Assembly: GCA_963801365.1 (NCBI GenBank)
Contig: CAWDEZ010000007.1
Coordinates: 276,124 to 340,123 of the forward strand
Direction of reading: 5' to 3'
From: an uncultured Actinomycetota bacterium
GTDB taxonomy: Bacteria; Actinomycetota; Actinomycetes; Mycobacteriales; Mycobacteriaceae
DNA: 64,000 nucleotides
The notes beneath the pieces are model-generated. The model searched no databases and was not told the DNA's origin. It saw nothing but the letters and a program-made list of their open reading frames with translations. Positions 20,337 to 30,493 of this stretch are shown piece by piece. The position numbers were made by a program, and so were the translations under genes. How positions within the stretch are numbered: the first letter of the stretch is position 1; each line of letters opens with the position of its first letter.

Positions 20337-21607
20337 CTCTTCGGCCCAAGACTTCCACGGTCCTGGCCGTGTGCCTGGTGACCGTCATGGTGCTGCTGAT
20401 CGGCCTCGCCGTCTGGCTGGGCCGCGAGTCGGAACCGTCGGGCCGGACGGTTGTCACGATGCGGTTGTGGGATCAGCAGGTCGCTGCCGGGTATCGAAAG
20501 TCGTTCGATGCGTTCACCCGTCGCCATCCCGGCATCGAAGTCCGCGTCAACGTCGTAGCGTATTCCACGTATTTCGACACGTTGCGCACCGATGTCGCCG
20601 GCGGTAGCGCCGATGACGTCTTCTGGATCAGCAACGCCTACTTCGCACCGTACGCCGACAGTGGCCGGCTGATCGAGATCGCACCGCGACGCGATTGGGA
20701 ACCATCGGTCGTCCAGCAGTTCACCCGCAACCGCACCTTGTGGGGCGTGCCGCAGCTGAGCGACGGCGGAATCGCTCTGTACTACAACGCTGATCTGCTC
20801 GCGGCCGCCGGCATCGACCCCGGCGCGTTGAGCACGCTGCGCTGGAGCATCGGCGGCGCCGACGACACGTTACGCCCGCTGTTGCATCGACTAACCGGGG
20901 AGCGCCGGTGGGCGTACAACGCGGGCAACGACCTGCAGGGCATCTACCTCAACTACATCGGCTCCGCTAACGGGGCCTTCTCGGCGGGCGATCGTTTCGC
21001 ATTCGACAATCCGCAAGCCGCCGAAGCCTTCCGGTATCTCGTGGGCCTGATCAACGTCGACAAGGTCGCACCGCCCGCGTCCGACACCAACGACAACGGC
21101 GACTTCTCCCGCAACATGTTCCTGCAGGGACGGATGGCGCTGTTCCAGTCCGGCACGTACAACCTAGCGGAGGTCGCGGCCAATGCTGCGTTCCGGTGGG
21201 GGGTTGCATTGCTGCCTGCGGGTCCGGCCGGACGGGTCAGCGTCACCAATGGCATTGCAGTCGCGGGCAACTCGGCGTCGCGACATCCCGACGCGGTACG
21301 GACCGTCCTCGATTGGATGGGTTGCGCCGAGGGCAACTCGTACCTCGGGGCCGGTGGCGCGGCGATCCCGGCGGTGCTCGACGCGCGGCAGACCTACTTC
21401 GACTACTGGGCGGCCAAGGGTGTGGACGTCGCCCCTTTCTTCGACGTGCTGCGCGGCCCACGGATTCCGGCGCCGGGCGGAGCGGGGTTCGTGGCCGGGT
21501 TCAATGCGCTCAAACCGTACTTCGACGAAATGTTCCTCGGCCGACTCGACGTCGCACAGGCGCTGCACCAAGCACAGTCGGCGGCCAACGCCGCGGCCGA
21601 ACGCTAG
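20333..21607 (+). CDS. uspC: ABC transporter substrate-binding protein
   Basis: N-terminal anchor and SBP fold motifs (LYYNADL, FLQGRMA); syntenic with Rv2318. Confidence 0.9.
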   Translation: MTLRPKTSTVLAVCLVTVMVLLIGLAVWLGRESEPSGRTVVTMRLWDQQVAAGYRKSFDAFTRRHPGIEVRVNVVAYSTYFDTLRTDVAGGSADDVFWISNAYFAPYADSGRLIEIAPRRDWEPSVVQQFTRNRTLWGVPQLSDGGIALYYNADLLAAAGIDPGALSTLRWSIGGADDTLRPLLHRLTGERRWAYNAGNDLQGIYLNYIGSANGAFSAGDRFAFDNPQAAEAFRYLVGLINVDKVAPPASDTNDNGDFSRNMFLQGRMALFQSGTYNLAEVAANAAFRWGVALLPAGPAGRVSVTNGIAVAGNSASRHPDAVRTVLDWMGCAEGNSYLGAGGAAIPAVLDARQTYFDYWAAKGVDVAPFFDVLRGPRIPAPGGAGFVAGFNALKPYFDEMFLGRLDVAQALHQAQSAANAAAER

Positions 21608-21623
21608 CGGCCCGGCGAGAAAG

Positions 21624-22451
21624 CTAGATCCTGGTCGAGCCCAGCATCAGTTCACTGACGATTGCCATCGCCGACACCCCCGCCACGATCAGCAGCGCCA
21701 CCACATCGGGCCACCTCGGCCGCGAGGGTGCCGCCGAAATCTGGCCGGTGCCGCCGCGGGCCGCGATCGCGTCGCCCATTTCGTCGGCACGGCGCAGCGC
21801 GACGGTGATTGCGGCGGTGACCATGTCGATCAACTCGGCCCGCCACCAACGGCGGCGCGCCTGTCGGGTGGGCAGTGCGGGGCGGGGCCGCAACCGGCGC
21901 GCGGCGTAGAGAATACGGAACTCGTCGATCAGCATCGGGAATGCGCGCAAGGCCAAACCCAGCGCCGCGGCCCACTCGTCGATCGGGATGCGCAGCCACC
22001 GCAGCGGACGACCGAGCGTCGCAACCGCGGGCGCGACGTCGGCGACATTGGTGGTCCACGACACCATCGCGCCGATTCCGAGCAGCACGATCGACAGCGC
22101 GGTGATGCGCAGGAAGTACAGCAGCCCGCCCAATCCCACTGCCGCAGAGCCGATGTGAACGTTTGGCGGGCCGCCACCCAGAGCCGCTGTGACCCCCCCG
22201 AGCGCCACGATGACCCACAACCACCGCGGCACCGTCGGCAGTGCCATACGCGGGATCCGGGCGATCCGCGCCGCGGTCACCACCAGCGCCGCGACGAGAC
22301 CGATCGGCACCCAGCCTGGATAGTACGTGAGCAGTACGGAAATACCGAACGCGGCAATGAGTTTCGTGCCGGCCCACAACTCGTGAATCGCGGAGGTGCC
22401 CGGTATGGGGCGCAGCAGCACCACTGGCCGCCGCTGTGTCGACGCGCTCAT
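21624..22451 (-). CDS. ECF transporter transmembrane (T) component (Rv2325c-like)
   Basis: [22 protein letters not shown] (ARG motif). Confidence 0.9.
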   Translation of the reverse strand: MSASTQRRPVVLLRPIPGTSAIHELWAGTKLIAAFGISVLLTYYPGWVPIGLVAALVVTAARIARIPRMALPTVPRWLWVIVALGGVTAALGGGPPNVHIGSAAVGLGGLLYFLRITALSIVLLGIGAMVSWTTNVADVAPAVATLGRPLRWLRIPIDEWAAALGLALRAFPMLIDEFRILYAARRLRPRPALPTRQARRRWWRAELIDMVTAAITVALRRADEMGDAIAARGGTGQISAAPSRPRWPDVVALLIVAGVSAMAIVSELMLGSTRI

Positions 22452-24496
22452 GCCGCACCTCCTGCTGTCGCCGACGTGGGTCGAACCGCCCCATCATGCA
22501 GGTGGAGCGTGCGCGGGCACAGGTCCTCCAGTCCCGCGAAGTCGTGCGAGATCACGATCACCGTCAGACCTGTGCGGCGCCGCAAGTCGTCGAGCAGTCG
22601 CACCAGGCCGCGCTGGCTGGCGGCATCCACTCCTGCCAGCGGCTCATCGAGAATCAGCGCACGTGGCGAGCGCGCCAGCAGTCCAGCCAGCACCACGCGC
22701 CGCATCTGCCCGCCGCTGAGCTGATCGATCCGCCTGGTCGCCAAGGACGCATCCAAGCCGATGTTGGCCAGCGCAGCCGCAACGCGAGCGGTGTCGTGCG
22801 GTGAGAACCCGGCTGCCGATGCAACCTCGCGATCGACCTGACCACGCATCAGCTGTAGCCGCGCAGCCTGGAACGACATTGCGACGGCACCCACCTGATC
22901 GCTGACGGGCCTGCCCTCGAGCAGGCAGCTGCCGGAGGTCGGCACCGTCAGGCCCGCCATGATCCATGCCAGCGTCGACTTGCCCGAACCGTTGCCGCCG
23001 TGGATCAGCAGCCCGTCCCCCTCGTGCACATCGAAGCTGACGTCGCGCAAAGCGGTTGTCGCCCAAGGTGTTCCGCTGGCGTACTCATGTCCGACCCCGT
23101 CCACCTCGATCACCGCAGCGGCCGAGCCGACACCGGGCGGGGCAGTGGCGATCGGAGCCTCGGCCCGTTCCACCATCTCTGTGTTGTCCGTGCGGCCGCT
23201 GCCGGTCAGGTTCACCACCCGCTCGGCCGAGTCGGCCTCGTTGTTGTAGTGCGTGATGTGCACCAACGCCATTCGGTGCCGCTCCCGCAGTCCGGCGAGC
23301 AGCCCGAGCAGCGCCTCACGGCCAGCCTGGTCCACCATGCTCGTCACCTCGTCGGCGACCAGCAGCGACGGCTCCCGCGCGAGCGCGGCCGCGACCGCCA
23401 GCCGCTGCAACTCGCCGCCGGACAGGCCGCCGGTATCACGCTCGGCGAGGCCGGTTAGCCCGACCTCCTCGAGAATCCTGTCGACGTCGGTGCTCTGCCC
23501 TGGCGGCAAGCCCCAGACCACGTCGTCGGCGACGCGGGTGCCGAGGACCTGACTCTCCGGGTGCTGCATGATCACTGCGGTGCCCCCGACCCTGCCGAGG
23601 CCGACGGCTCCCACCCGCTCGATGGTTCCGGAGCTGGGCGGCTGCCCTGCGAGGACCAGCATCAGCGTCGTCTTTCCTGAGCCGTTCACTCCGGTGACCG
23701 CCAGGTGCTCACCGGGCTCGACGGTCACGGTGACCGGTCCGAGCGCGTCATGGTCGGCCTCCGGGTAGCGGAACGTCACGTCGTGCAAGCGCACCGGAAG
23801 CGGCGCGATCGGACCGGTGTCGGCGGGCGTGTCGAGTTTTTGGACCTCGCTGACTCCGGACAACCGGGTCAGCACATGTGACAGCGCCCACCAGCCGATC
23901 AGCGTGACGACGAGGATGCTCGCCACCGACGCGCCGCCAAACACCCACGGCCAGTAAGCCAGTACCGTGGCGAAGGCGTTCTTGAGCCACTCGCCAACTG
24001 GCTTCAGGTACGGAAGATGCGACAGGAACCGGGCCAGACCGTTCACGTTGGCGGTCATCGACTCGAAGAGCAGGTGTCGCAGCCGGGACAGCACCATCAG
24101 CGCAAAGACGGACACCACCCCGGAGACCAGGCCCGCGCAGAGGGCCACAACGATGATCGTGGGTGTGCCCCGGCCCTTGCGTTTGACCAGGCCGATCAAC
24201 ACGCCGATGTAGGCGCACTGCGCCACGGTCATCATTCCGCCCATTCCGGCGACCAGAAACGCGATCAAACCGCCGGCAACAGTGGCCGCGGCGAGCGCGC
24301 GGATGCGGTAGCGGTAGGCCAGAAGACCCATGGGAACCGTGCCAAGCAGGGACAACCCACCAGCGAACGGAACGACGACGGCGACGATCGCGGTGGCCGC
24401 GGACAGTGCCGCCATGACCGACGCCTGGGAAAGCTCTCCAGGCCTCAGCGGTCCGCGCCGCAACCTGGTTTTCTGGTCCGGCCCGATCCCGCGCAC
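22448..24496 (-). CDS. ECF-type transporter: membrane domain fused to two ABC ATPase domains (Rv2326c-like)
   Basis: GVNGSGKT / LSGGELQR / DE and GGNGSGKS / LSGGQMRR / DEP. Confidence 0.92.
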   Translation of the reverse strand: MRGIGPDQKTRLRRGPLRPGELSQASVMAALSAATAIVAVVVPFAGGLSLLGTVPMGLLAYRYRIRALAAATVAGGLIAFLVAGMGGMMTVAQCAYIGVLIGLVKRKGRGTPTIIVVALCAGLVSGVVSVFALMVLSRLRHLLFESMTANVNGLARFLSHLPYLKPVGEWLKNAFATVLAYWPWVFGGASVASILVVTLIGWWALSHVLTRLSGVSEVQKLDTPADTGPIAPLPVRLHDVTFRYPEADHDALGPVTVTVEPGEHLAVTGVNGSGKTTLMLVLAGQPPSSGTIERVGAVGLGRVGGTAVIMQHPESQVLGTRVADDVVWGLPPGQSTDVDRILEEVGLTGLAERDTGGLSGGELQRLAVAAALAREPSLLVADEVTSMVDQAGREALLGLLAGLRERHRMALVHITHYNNEADSAERVVNLTGSGRTDNTEMVERAEAPIATAPPGVGSAAAVIEVDGVGHEYASGTPWATTALRDVSFDVHEGDGLLIHGGNGSGKSTLAWIMAGLTVPTSGSCLLEGRPVSDQVGAVAMSFQAARLQLMRGQVDREVASAAGFSPHDTARVAAALANIGLDASLATRRIDQLSGGQMRRVVLAGLLARSPRALILDEPLAGVDAASQRGLVRLLDDLRRRTGLTVIVISHDFAGLEDLCPRTLHLHDGAVRPTSATAGGAA

Positions 24497-24579
24497 TTCT
24501 TGATTCTGCCAGCCGGTCTTGGCCGTCTGTGAACAGCAACACGTTGATCCTGCATAGGGAAGCTATGTAATTTGTAGGT

Positions 24580-25038
24580 ATGTCTGCTTCGACGCCCACC
24601 GGCGCGTCTCTCGGCGTCGACCTCCTTGGTGTAGTGGCCAAGCTGAACCGGCTGGCAACCCAACGCACCGGGCTACCAGTGCCGTGGGCGCAGGCGCGGC
24701 TGCTGGGGACGATCGAGGATCAGGGCCCCACCCGGATTTCGGATCTCGCCGCGCTGGACCACTGCTCGCAGCCGACGATGACGATGCAGGTGCGGCGCCT
24801 GGAAGACGCCGGTCTGGTCACCCGCACCACCGACCCCGCCGACGCGAGGGCGGTGCTCATCGAAATCACACCCGCCGGCATCGAAACGTTGCGCCACGTG
24901 CGGGCCGCCCGCGCGGGCGTCATCGATCCGCACATCGCCGCACTGAACGACGACGACCGGCAGACGCTGGCCGACGCCGTCAGCGTTTTGAAGCGCGTGC
25001 TCGACGACGTGGCGTCCTCACCACGAAAACAAGACTAG
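24580..25038 (+). CDS. MarR-family regulator (Rv2327-like)
   Basis: SQPTMTMQVRRLEDAGLVTRTTDPADARA wHTH. Confidence 0.93.
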   Translation: MSASTPTGASLGVDLLGVVAKLNRLATQRTGLPVPWAQARLLGTIEDQGPTRISDLAALDHCSQPTMTMQVRRLEDAGLVTRTTDPADARAVLIEITPAGIETLRHVRAARAGVIDPHIAALNDDDRQTLADAVSVLKRVLDDVASSPRKQD

Positions 25039-25186
25039 CCGCATCGAATGTGGCATCAACCCAACCCGTTTGGGCCGTCGCCTAGGCACCCCGCCACCGA
25101 ACACACGCAATATGGCCCACGATTCCGTTAGAGAGCGGAAGATCAATCCCGTCCGGGGCAAAAGACTTGAGAGAAGGGGAGCGCCC

Positions 25187-25561
25187 ATGTCTGCGAGTGA
25201 GAATATCGAGACCTCCAAACGAGGGTATGCCGCGTTCGGCGCCGGCGATGTCGACGCGGTCTTGGCCGATTATGACGACGACGTCGAGTTTGTCGTACCC
25301 GGCAACAGCACGGTCAGCGGAACGTATCGCGGTAAAGACGGGGTCAGGGAGCTGTTCACGAAAGTCGCAGAGCAGAACTTCAGAATAGAGCCCAGCCGTT
25401 TCCTCGCCGACGACGATGTCGTGGTCGTCCTCTCCCGAGTCACCGCGGGCGGAGAATCCGGACTCGAGGCCGATGTGTTCAGCTACCGCAACGGCAAAAT
25501 CGTCAAAGCCCAGAACCTCGGGGACACTGCCATGTTTGAACGGGTCTTCGGCACGAAGTAG
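25187..25561 (+). CDS. NTF2/SnoaL-like protein
   Basis: YAAFGAGDVDAV...GTYRGKDGV; preceded by a GGGGAG RBS. Confidence 0.85.
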   Translation: MSASENIETSKRGYAAFGAGDVDAVLADYDDDVEFVVPGNSTVSGTYRGKDGVRELFTKVAEQNFRIEPSRFLADDDVVVVLSRVTAGGESGLEADVFSYRNGKIVKAQNLGDTAMFERVFGTK

Positions 25562-25776
25562 CGGGCTCCGCCGGCGGCGCCGATTCGGCGCTGTCCCAAC
25601 CCTATTGGCTAACCCGACCGGCGATGCTTGGCCCGTCGAGCGTGGAGCCGCTTGCGCCGCTGGGAAACGACAGTTGATACTGCGGTTTTGCCGCCCGAAT
25701 GCGGCCCGCGGATTACCGTTGCCCAACATATGGCCAGTTCACGGTGATCCGTGACAGCAGCAAGGGGTGATCACAC

Positions 25777-26364
25777 ATGACCGTCACGACACGGCCGCGC
25801 ATCGTCATCGGCGCCATCGCACTCGCCGGACTCGCCGCCCTCGGCGGTATTGGTGCGGCGCTCGGCACGGATTCCGGAAAGACAACGGGCACAGTGGGAT
25901 TAAACATCAGTGCAGTCGCCACCACAACATCCGCGCCGACCAACGACTCCGCGATGTCGCAGTTGATGAGCCTGCTGCCCAAGGGGTTCAGCTCGAGCAA
26001 TTGCGCGCCGCCGGCTGCCGCCCCGAGGGGTTCGCTGGCGACCGTCGACTGCGACCAGAATTCACTGCCCAATGGTCCGACGAGCGGGCGGTTCTCGCTG
26101 TACCCGGACAGCGCCGCGCTGGACGCGCATTTCCAGACAGCCGCCAGCGAGGATCAGGTCTCGCAGTGCCCGGGAGGCGTTGCATCACCTGGCCCGTGGC
26201 ACTACAGCAGCACTCCTGACCAACCCGCCGGCCAGCTCGTCTGTGGCACATATGAAGGCACACCGGATTTGGTGTGGAGCCAATACGACAAAGGCCTGCT
26301 GGGCAACCTCCAGGGCGGCGACCTCGACTCACTGTACAAGTTCTGGTCGAACAACACCGCCTGA
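25777..26364 (+). CDS. Secreted Cys-containing protein resembling the extracellular domain of mycobacterial Ser/Thr kinases
   Basis: Signal/TM segment, then C...VDCDQN...CPGG..SPGPW...GQLVCGTY...LYKFW pattern. Confidence 0.7.
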   Translation: MTVTTRPRIVIGAIALAGLAALGGIGAALGTDSGKTTGTVGLNISAVATTTSAPTNDSAMSQLMSLLPKGFSSSNCAPPAAAPRGSLATVDCDQNSLPNGPTSGRFSLYPDSAALDAHFQTAASEDQVSQCPGGVASPGPWHYSSTPDQPAGQLVCGTYEGTPDLVWSQYDKGLLGNLQGGDLDSLYKFWSNNTA

Positions 26365-26367
26365 TGC

Positions 26368-27075
26368 TTACCCGGTCGAACCGATAAGCAGGCCAACGAC
26401 ATACGTCGCGCCGATCGCCACTGCGCCGAACGCGAGTTGACGCCCCGACGCCCACCACACCGGTTTGCCGGTGTACCTCGCGGCGACTCCACCGGCGACG
26501 AGCAGGCCGACCCCACCGCACACCAGGCTCGCCGCCAATGACGCGTACCCGACCAGGTACGGGATTAACGGGATGATCGCTCCGACCGCGAACAGAACGA
26601 ACGACGAGAGGGCGGCGACGCGGGCCGACGGCTTTTCGCGTGGATCGATGCCGAGCTCGGTAATCATGTGTAGATTGAGCGCCTGGTTCTCGTCCCGATG
26701 GATTTCTTTGGCCGCCGCACGCGCTGTCTGTTCGGTCATGCCCATCTGCGTGAGCATCAAAACCAGTTCGTTCATCTCGGCTTGCGGATGCGCGCGGAAC
26801 GCGCGACGTTCGAGGCGGACCTCGGAGTCGATCTGCTCGTTGGCCGTCGTGACGGACGTGTATTCCCCCAACGCCATCGAGAACGCGCCCGCGAGCAATC
26901 CAGCGATGCCGCTGAGGACGACGGTGTGGCGGTCCGCGCTGGCGGCGACCCCAGCAATCAATGCGGTGTTGCTGACCAGACCATCCATTGCACCGAAGCT
27001 CGCCGCCCTCAGCCAGCCGCCGGAGACGTCGCTGTGGGTGTGATCGAACTCGTGCGGCAGTCCGGTGGTCGTCAT
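26368..27075 (-). CDS. VIT1/CCC1 iron/manganese transporter
   Basis: FGAMDGLVS and AGAFSMALGEY motifs. Confidence 0.93.
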   Translation of the reverse strand: MTTTGLPHEFDHTHSDVSGGWLRAASFGAMDGLVSNTALIAGVAASADRHTVVLSGIAGLLAGAFSMALGEYTSVTTANEQIDSEVRLERRAFRAHPQAEMNELVLMLTQMGMTEQTARAAAKEIHRDENQALNLHMITELGIDPREKPSARVAALSSFVLFAVGAIIPLIPYLVGYASLAASLVCGGVGLLVAGGVAARYTGKPVWWASGRQLAFGAVAIGATYVVGLLIGSTG

Positions 27076-27174
27076 GCCGCCAATTCAACGCCGGTCGCGC
27101 GGCGCATTTCCATTCAGGTGACCTACGTTGCTGGGAGTAGTGCCCAAGGCGCCCGGTTCGGGTTACCGTCGGGT

Positions 27175-29136
27175 ATGGCGTCGACATCGACTCAGATCTC
27201 CCCCGAACTTCCCAATCACCTGCGCAACACTCTGGACGGCCGCTGGCATGTGGTGAGGGACCGGTGCCGCGAGCAGCTGTCCGACGAAATTTTTCGCCCG
27301 CACTTCACGCCGAACACGCTGATCGCGCGCACGAAGGCGTTGGAGCAGTTGAAGATCGTCGCGGCCGCCGGCGGAGCCGAGGACGGATTCCGCAAGGAGC
27401 ACGGCGGCACCGGAGACGTCGGGGCCGCGGTCACCACGATCGAGATGCTCGCGATGTCCGATTTGTCGCTGATGGTGAAGGCCGGTGTGCAGTGGGGCCT
27501 GTTCGGCGGCGCGATCGAGAATCTGGGCACCGAACGCCACCACGAAGCGTATGTGCAGAAGATCATCGACCTTGACCTGCTCGGCTGCTTCGCGATGACC
27601 GAAACCGGCCACGGCAGTGACGTGCAGTCCCTGGAGACCACGGCGACCTACGACAAAGACACCGATGAGTTCGTCATCAACTCCCCCACCAAGACGTCGC
27701 GCAAGGACTACATCGGCGGTGCGGCCGAAACAGCCAGAATGGCAGCGGTATTCGCACAGTTGATCACCGCGGGACCGGGCGAAGAACCGAAAAGCCACGG
27801 CGTGCACTGCTTCGCGGTGCCGATCCGCGATAACGACGGCAGCGACTTACCCGGCATCACCACGTCGGACTGCGACTACAAGGGTGGGTTGCCCGGCGTG
27901 GACAACGGCCGCATCATGTTCGACCACGTTCGGATTCCTCGCGACAACCTGCTCAACAAGTACGGGGACGTGGCCGACGATGGCACATACTCGTCGCCCA
28001 TCGACAATCCGAGCCGGCGATTCTTCACGATGCTGGGCACTCTGGTGCGGGGCAGGGTGACCGTCGGCGGCAGTGCGGCCGCAGCCGCCCGGGTGGCGCT
28101 GGACATCGCCACTCGGTATGCGTTGCAGCGCAGTCAGTTCAAGGCGCCAGGCGACGAGCACGAAGTAGTCTTGATGGATTATCTGGTGCATCAGCGTCGG
28201 CTGCTGCCGCTCATCGCGAAATCGTACGCGCTGCAGTTCGCGCAGAACGAGTTGGTAGGCAAGCTGCACGAAGTGCAGACCCCCGAGATCCCCGATCCCG
28301 AGGCACAGCGCGAACTGGAATCCCGGGCTGCCGGCCTGAAGGCGGTTAGCACGTGGCACGCTAGCGCCGCGATTCAGGAGGCCCGCGAAGCTTGTGGCGG
28401 CGCAGGCTATCTGGCGGAGAACAGGTTGATCGCACTGCGCGGTGACACGGATGTGTTCACCACCTTCGAAGGCGACAACCACGTGCTGATCCAACTCGTC
28501 GCCAAAGAGCTGCTGACCGCTTACGCGGACGACATCGAAAGCATGAGCCCGGTGGAGTGGGTACGGTTCGCGGCCGCCACGGTCAGCGAGAGCGTGATCA
28601 AACGCACGGCAGCGCAGGCCATCATGCAGAGGATCCTCGACAGCCGGCAGGACAATGAGGAAGAAGGCAGCCTGTTCAATCGCGGTACCCAGGTGAAGAT
28701 GTTCGAAGACCGCGAGGAGTACCTGTTGTCGACCGTTGCCCGACGGCTGCAGAGCAGATCGAAAGAGAAAAGTCAGTTCGACGCGTTCAACGAAGTGCAG
28801 GACCACGTGCTGCGCGCGGCGACGGCCCACATCGATCGAATCGTGTTGGAGGCCTTCATCGCCGGGATCGAGTCGTGCGATAGCAGGGAAGCCCAACGCG
28901 TGCTCAACATGGTGTGCGACCTGTATGCGTTGACGGTGATCGAGGAAGACAAAGCCTGGTTCACAGAGCACACGTTCATATCCACCGAGCGCGCGAAGGC
29001 CGTCACCCGCGGCATCAACGAACGCTGTCGGTCATTGCGGCCCTACGCGCAGGCGCTCGTCGACGGCTTCGGAATTCCCGAGCAGTTGCGCGACGTACCG
29101 ATGCTGCACCCGGAGCGCATCGGCGAAGACGACTAA
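27175..29136 (+). CDS. Acyl-CoA oxidase/dehydrogenase
   Basis: FAMTETGHGSDV, GVDNGRI, REACGGAGY and TFEGDN motifs. Confidence 0.93.
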   Translation: MASTSTQISPELPNHLRNTLDGRWHVVRDRCREQLSDEIFRPHFTPNTLIARTKALEQLKIVAAAGGAEDGFRKEHGGTGDVGAAVTTIEMLAMSDLSLMVKAGVQWGLFGGAIENLGTERHHEAYVQKIIDLDLLGCFAMTETGHGSDVQSLETTATYDKDTDEFVINSPTKTSRKDYIGGAAETARMAAVFAQLITAGPGEEPKSHGVHCFAVPIRDNDGSDLPGITTSDCDYKGGLPGVDNGRIMFDHVRIPRDNLLNKYGDVADDGTYSSPIDNPSRRFFTMLGTLVRGRVTVGGSAAAAARVALDIATRYALQRSQFKAPGDEHEVVLMDYLVHQRRLLPLIAKSYALQFAQNELVGKLHEVQTPEIPDPEAQRELESRAAGLKAVSTWHASAAIQEAREACGGAGYLAENRLIALRGDTDVFTTFEGDNHVLIQLVAKELLTAYADDIESMSPVEWVRFAAATVSESVIKRTAAQAIMQRILDSRQDNEEEGSLFNRGTQVKMFEDREEYLLSTVARRLQSRSKEKSQFDAFNEVQDHVLRAATAHIDRIVLEAFIAGIESCDSREAQRVLNMVCDLYALTVIEEDKAWFTEHTFISTERAKAVTRGINERCRSLRPYAQALVDGFGIPEQLRDVPMLHPERIGEDD

Positions 29137-29143
29137 GCCTCGA

Positions 29144-29632
29144 CTACTGGCTCGGGATCGCGTCCAGCGCCTTGAGCTTGCCGTCGTCGCCGAGTTGGAA
29201 GCGCACCTGAGCGATCCCGGTCGGCCGGCCGGGGGCGTCGCCGCCCTGCTGCCACTGGTACTGCACCGTCACGGTGTTCTCGGCGGAGCTCAGCACTTCG
29301 GTGTACGGCTTCGGTTGCGGTGTCGCCGTGCCGATCGGCGTATTGCGGTCAAACAACAGCAAGTGCTGCGGCGCAGCTGAATCGGTGCCTGCGCTTACCT
29401 GTACCCAATACAGCCGGCAGTTCTTGGTGTGGCCGTCGCCCGCTTTCCGCCACGTCTCGCCGGATTCGGGAGGCAACTCGATGATTGCAGCCGTCACAGT
29501 GTCAGCGGCGGGTGCATCGGCGGGTGCGCACGTATCGGCCTGGGGCGGTGGTGCGCTCGATGGACGCCAGCCGCAACCTGCGGCGACAACTCCGAACATC
29601 AGCAGAATTGCCGTCACGCGGCGTAATCGCAT
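29144..29632 (-). CDS. lppP: LppP/LprE-family lipoprotein
   Basis: Lipobox VAAGC; HLLLFDRNTPIGTAT...VTVQYQW; synteny with Rv2330c. Confidence 0.85.
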   Translation of the reverse strand: MRLRRVTAILLMFGVVAAGCGWRPSSAPPPQADTCAPADAPAADTVTAAIIELPPESGETWRKAGDGHTKNCRLYWVQVSAGTDSAAPQHLLLFDRNTPIGTATPQPKPYTEVLSSAENTVTVQYQWQQGGDAPGRPTGIAQVRFQLGDDGKLKALDAIPSQ

Positions 29633-29752
29633 AGGCCCCACCTTAAGGCCGATTGAGAATCCGCGGGAAAAACCGTCACCGCCGGACGTGCTGGTCGCTC
29701 CTAGCAGGTGAACGCATCCCACAGGGGGTGCGACGACCTGAAGGAGAACACC

Positions 29753-30127
29753 ATGATCAAGATTGCTGCCGCCATGCTGGCCACCGCCGGCGCCGTCGTC
29801 GCCGGGGCGCTGGGCGCTGCGGCACCGGCCAGTGCCCAGGCCGACAGGTTCGTCGCCATCTCCTACTCGCCGGAGACCGGCTCCTACGGGTGGGGCAACA
29901 ACTACAACGACCTCGACGGGGCCAGAATCCGCTCGCTGAGCGAGTGCCAGAACTATGGCGGGAACCATTGTGTGTTCCTGGCCTGGTCGAAAAACGGGTG
30001 TGCTGCTCTGGCCGTCAACGGCAACAACTACTACGGCTGGTACGGCACGACTCGTTCGGACGCCGAGCAAGGTGCGCTGCAGCGCAACGGCGGCGGCCAC
30101 ATCCTCGTGTCGCAGTGCTCGACATAA
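29753..30127 (+). CDS. DUF4189 secreted protein
   Basis: Signal peptide; FVAISYS...C...NGCAALA...AEQGALQ; AAGGAG RBS. Confidence 0.85.
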   Translation: MIKIAAAMLATAGAVVAGALGAAAPASAQADRFVAISYSPETGSYGWGNNYNDLDGARIRSLSECQNYGGNHCVFLAWSKNGCAALAVNGNNYYGWYGTTRSDAEQGALQRNGGGHILVSQCST

Positions 30128-30136
30128 CCCCAGGCC

Positions 30137-30178
30137 CACGTCGGCCCGTCACCCTGGGCCCGGTGGCGGGCCGGCGTG
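30137..30178. terminator. GC-rich hairpin between convergent genes
   Basis: CACGTCGGCCCGTCACC pairs with GGTGGCGGGCCGGCGTG (17 bp, two G-U pairs). Confidence 0.65.
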
Positions 30179-30493
30179 CTACAGCCGGCCCGCTGCGAAG
30201 GTTGCTGCCTGGCTTGTCATTCCGGTGTGCACATACTGGACGTGCGGGCCCATGCTGACGCCTTCGGTGCAAATCGGATCGCCGGGCACACACAAGTCAA
30301 TAGTCTTTGGGAGGTACAGCGCGCCGATGCCGGGCAGCGCACCGGCCCACAATCGCCTCGAGAGTGAGCCTGCCGGCGACGGGTTTCCGAAAACGGCAAC
30401 CGCGGCGACATGATCAGCCACCTCGGGTGGCATCTGCGTGGTGACGACGTCGATTACGGCGGCACCTTGGGAGTACCCGCCGAGCACCATCCT
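30179..30493 (-). pseudogene. Cutinase, 5'-truncated
   Basis: [13 protein letters not shown] nucleophile motif, GNP and [10 protein letters not shown]; nothing cutinase-like upstream of 30494. Confidence 0.88.

Noticed and set aside
18659-21607. Universal stress proteins (suggested by the usp names)
   Set aside because: The sequences are clearly ABC permeases and a substrate-binding protein; usp is the M. tuberculosis transporter name.
29144-30139. 331-aa ORF as one gene
   Set aside because: It is lppP extended by the antisense frame of the DUF4189 gene.
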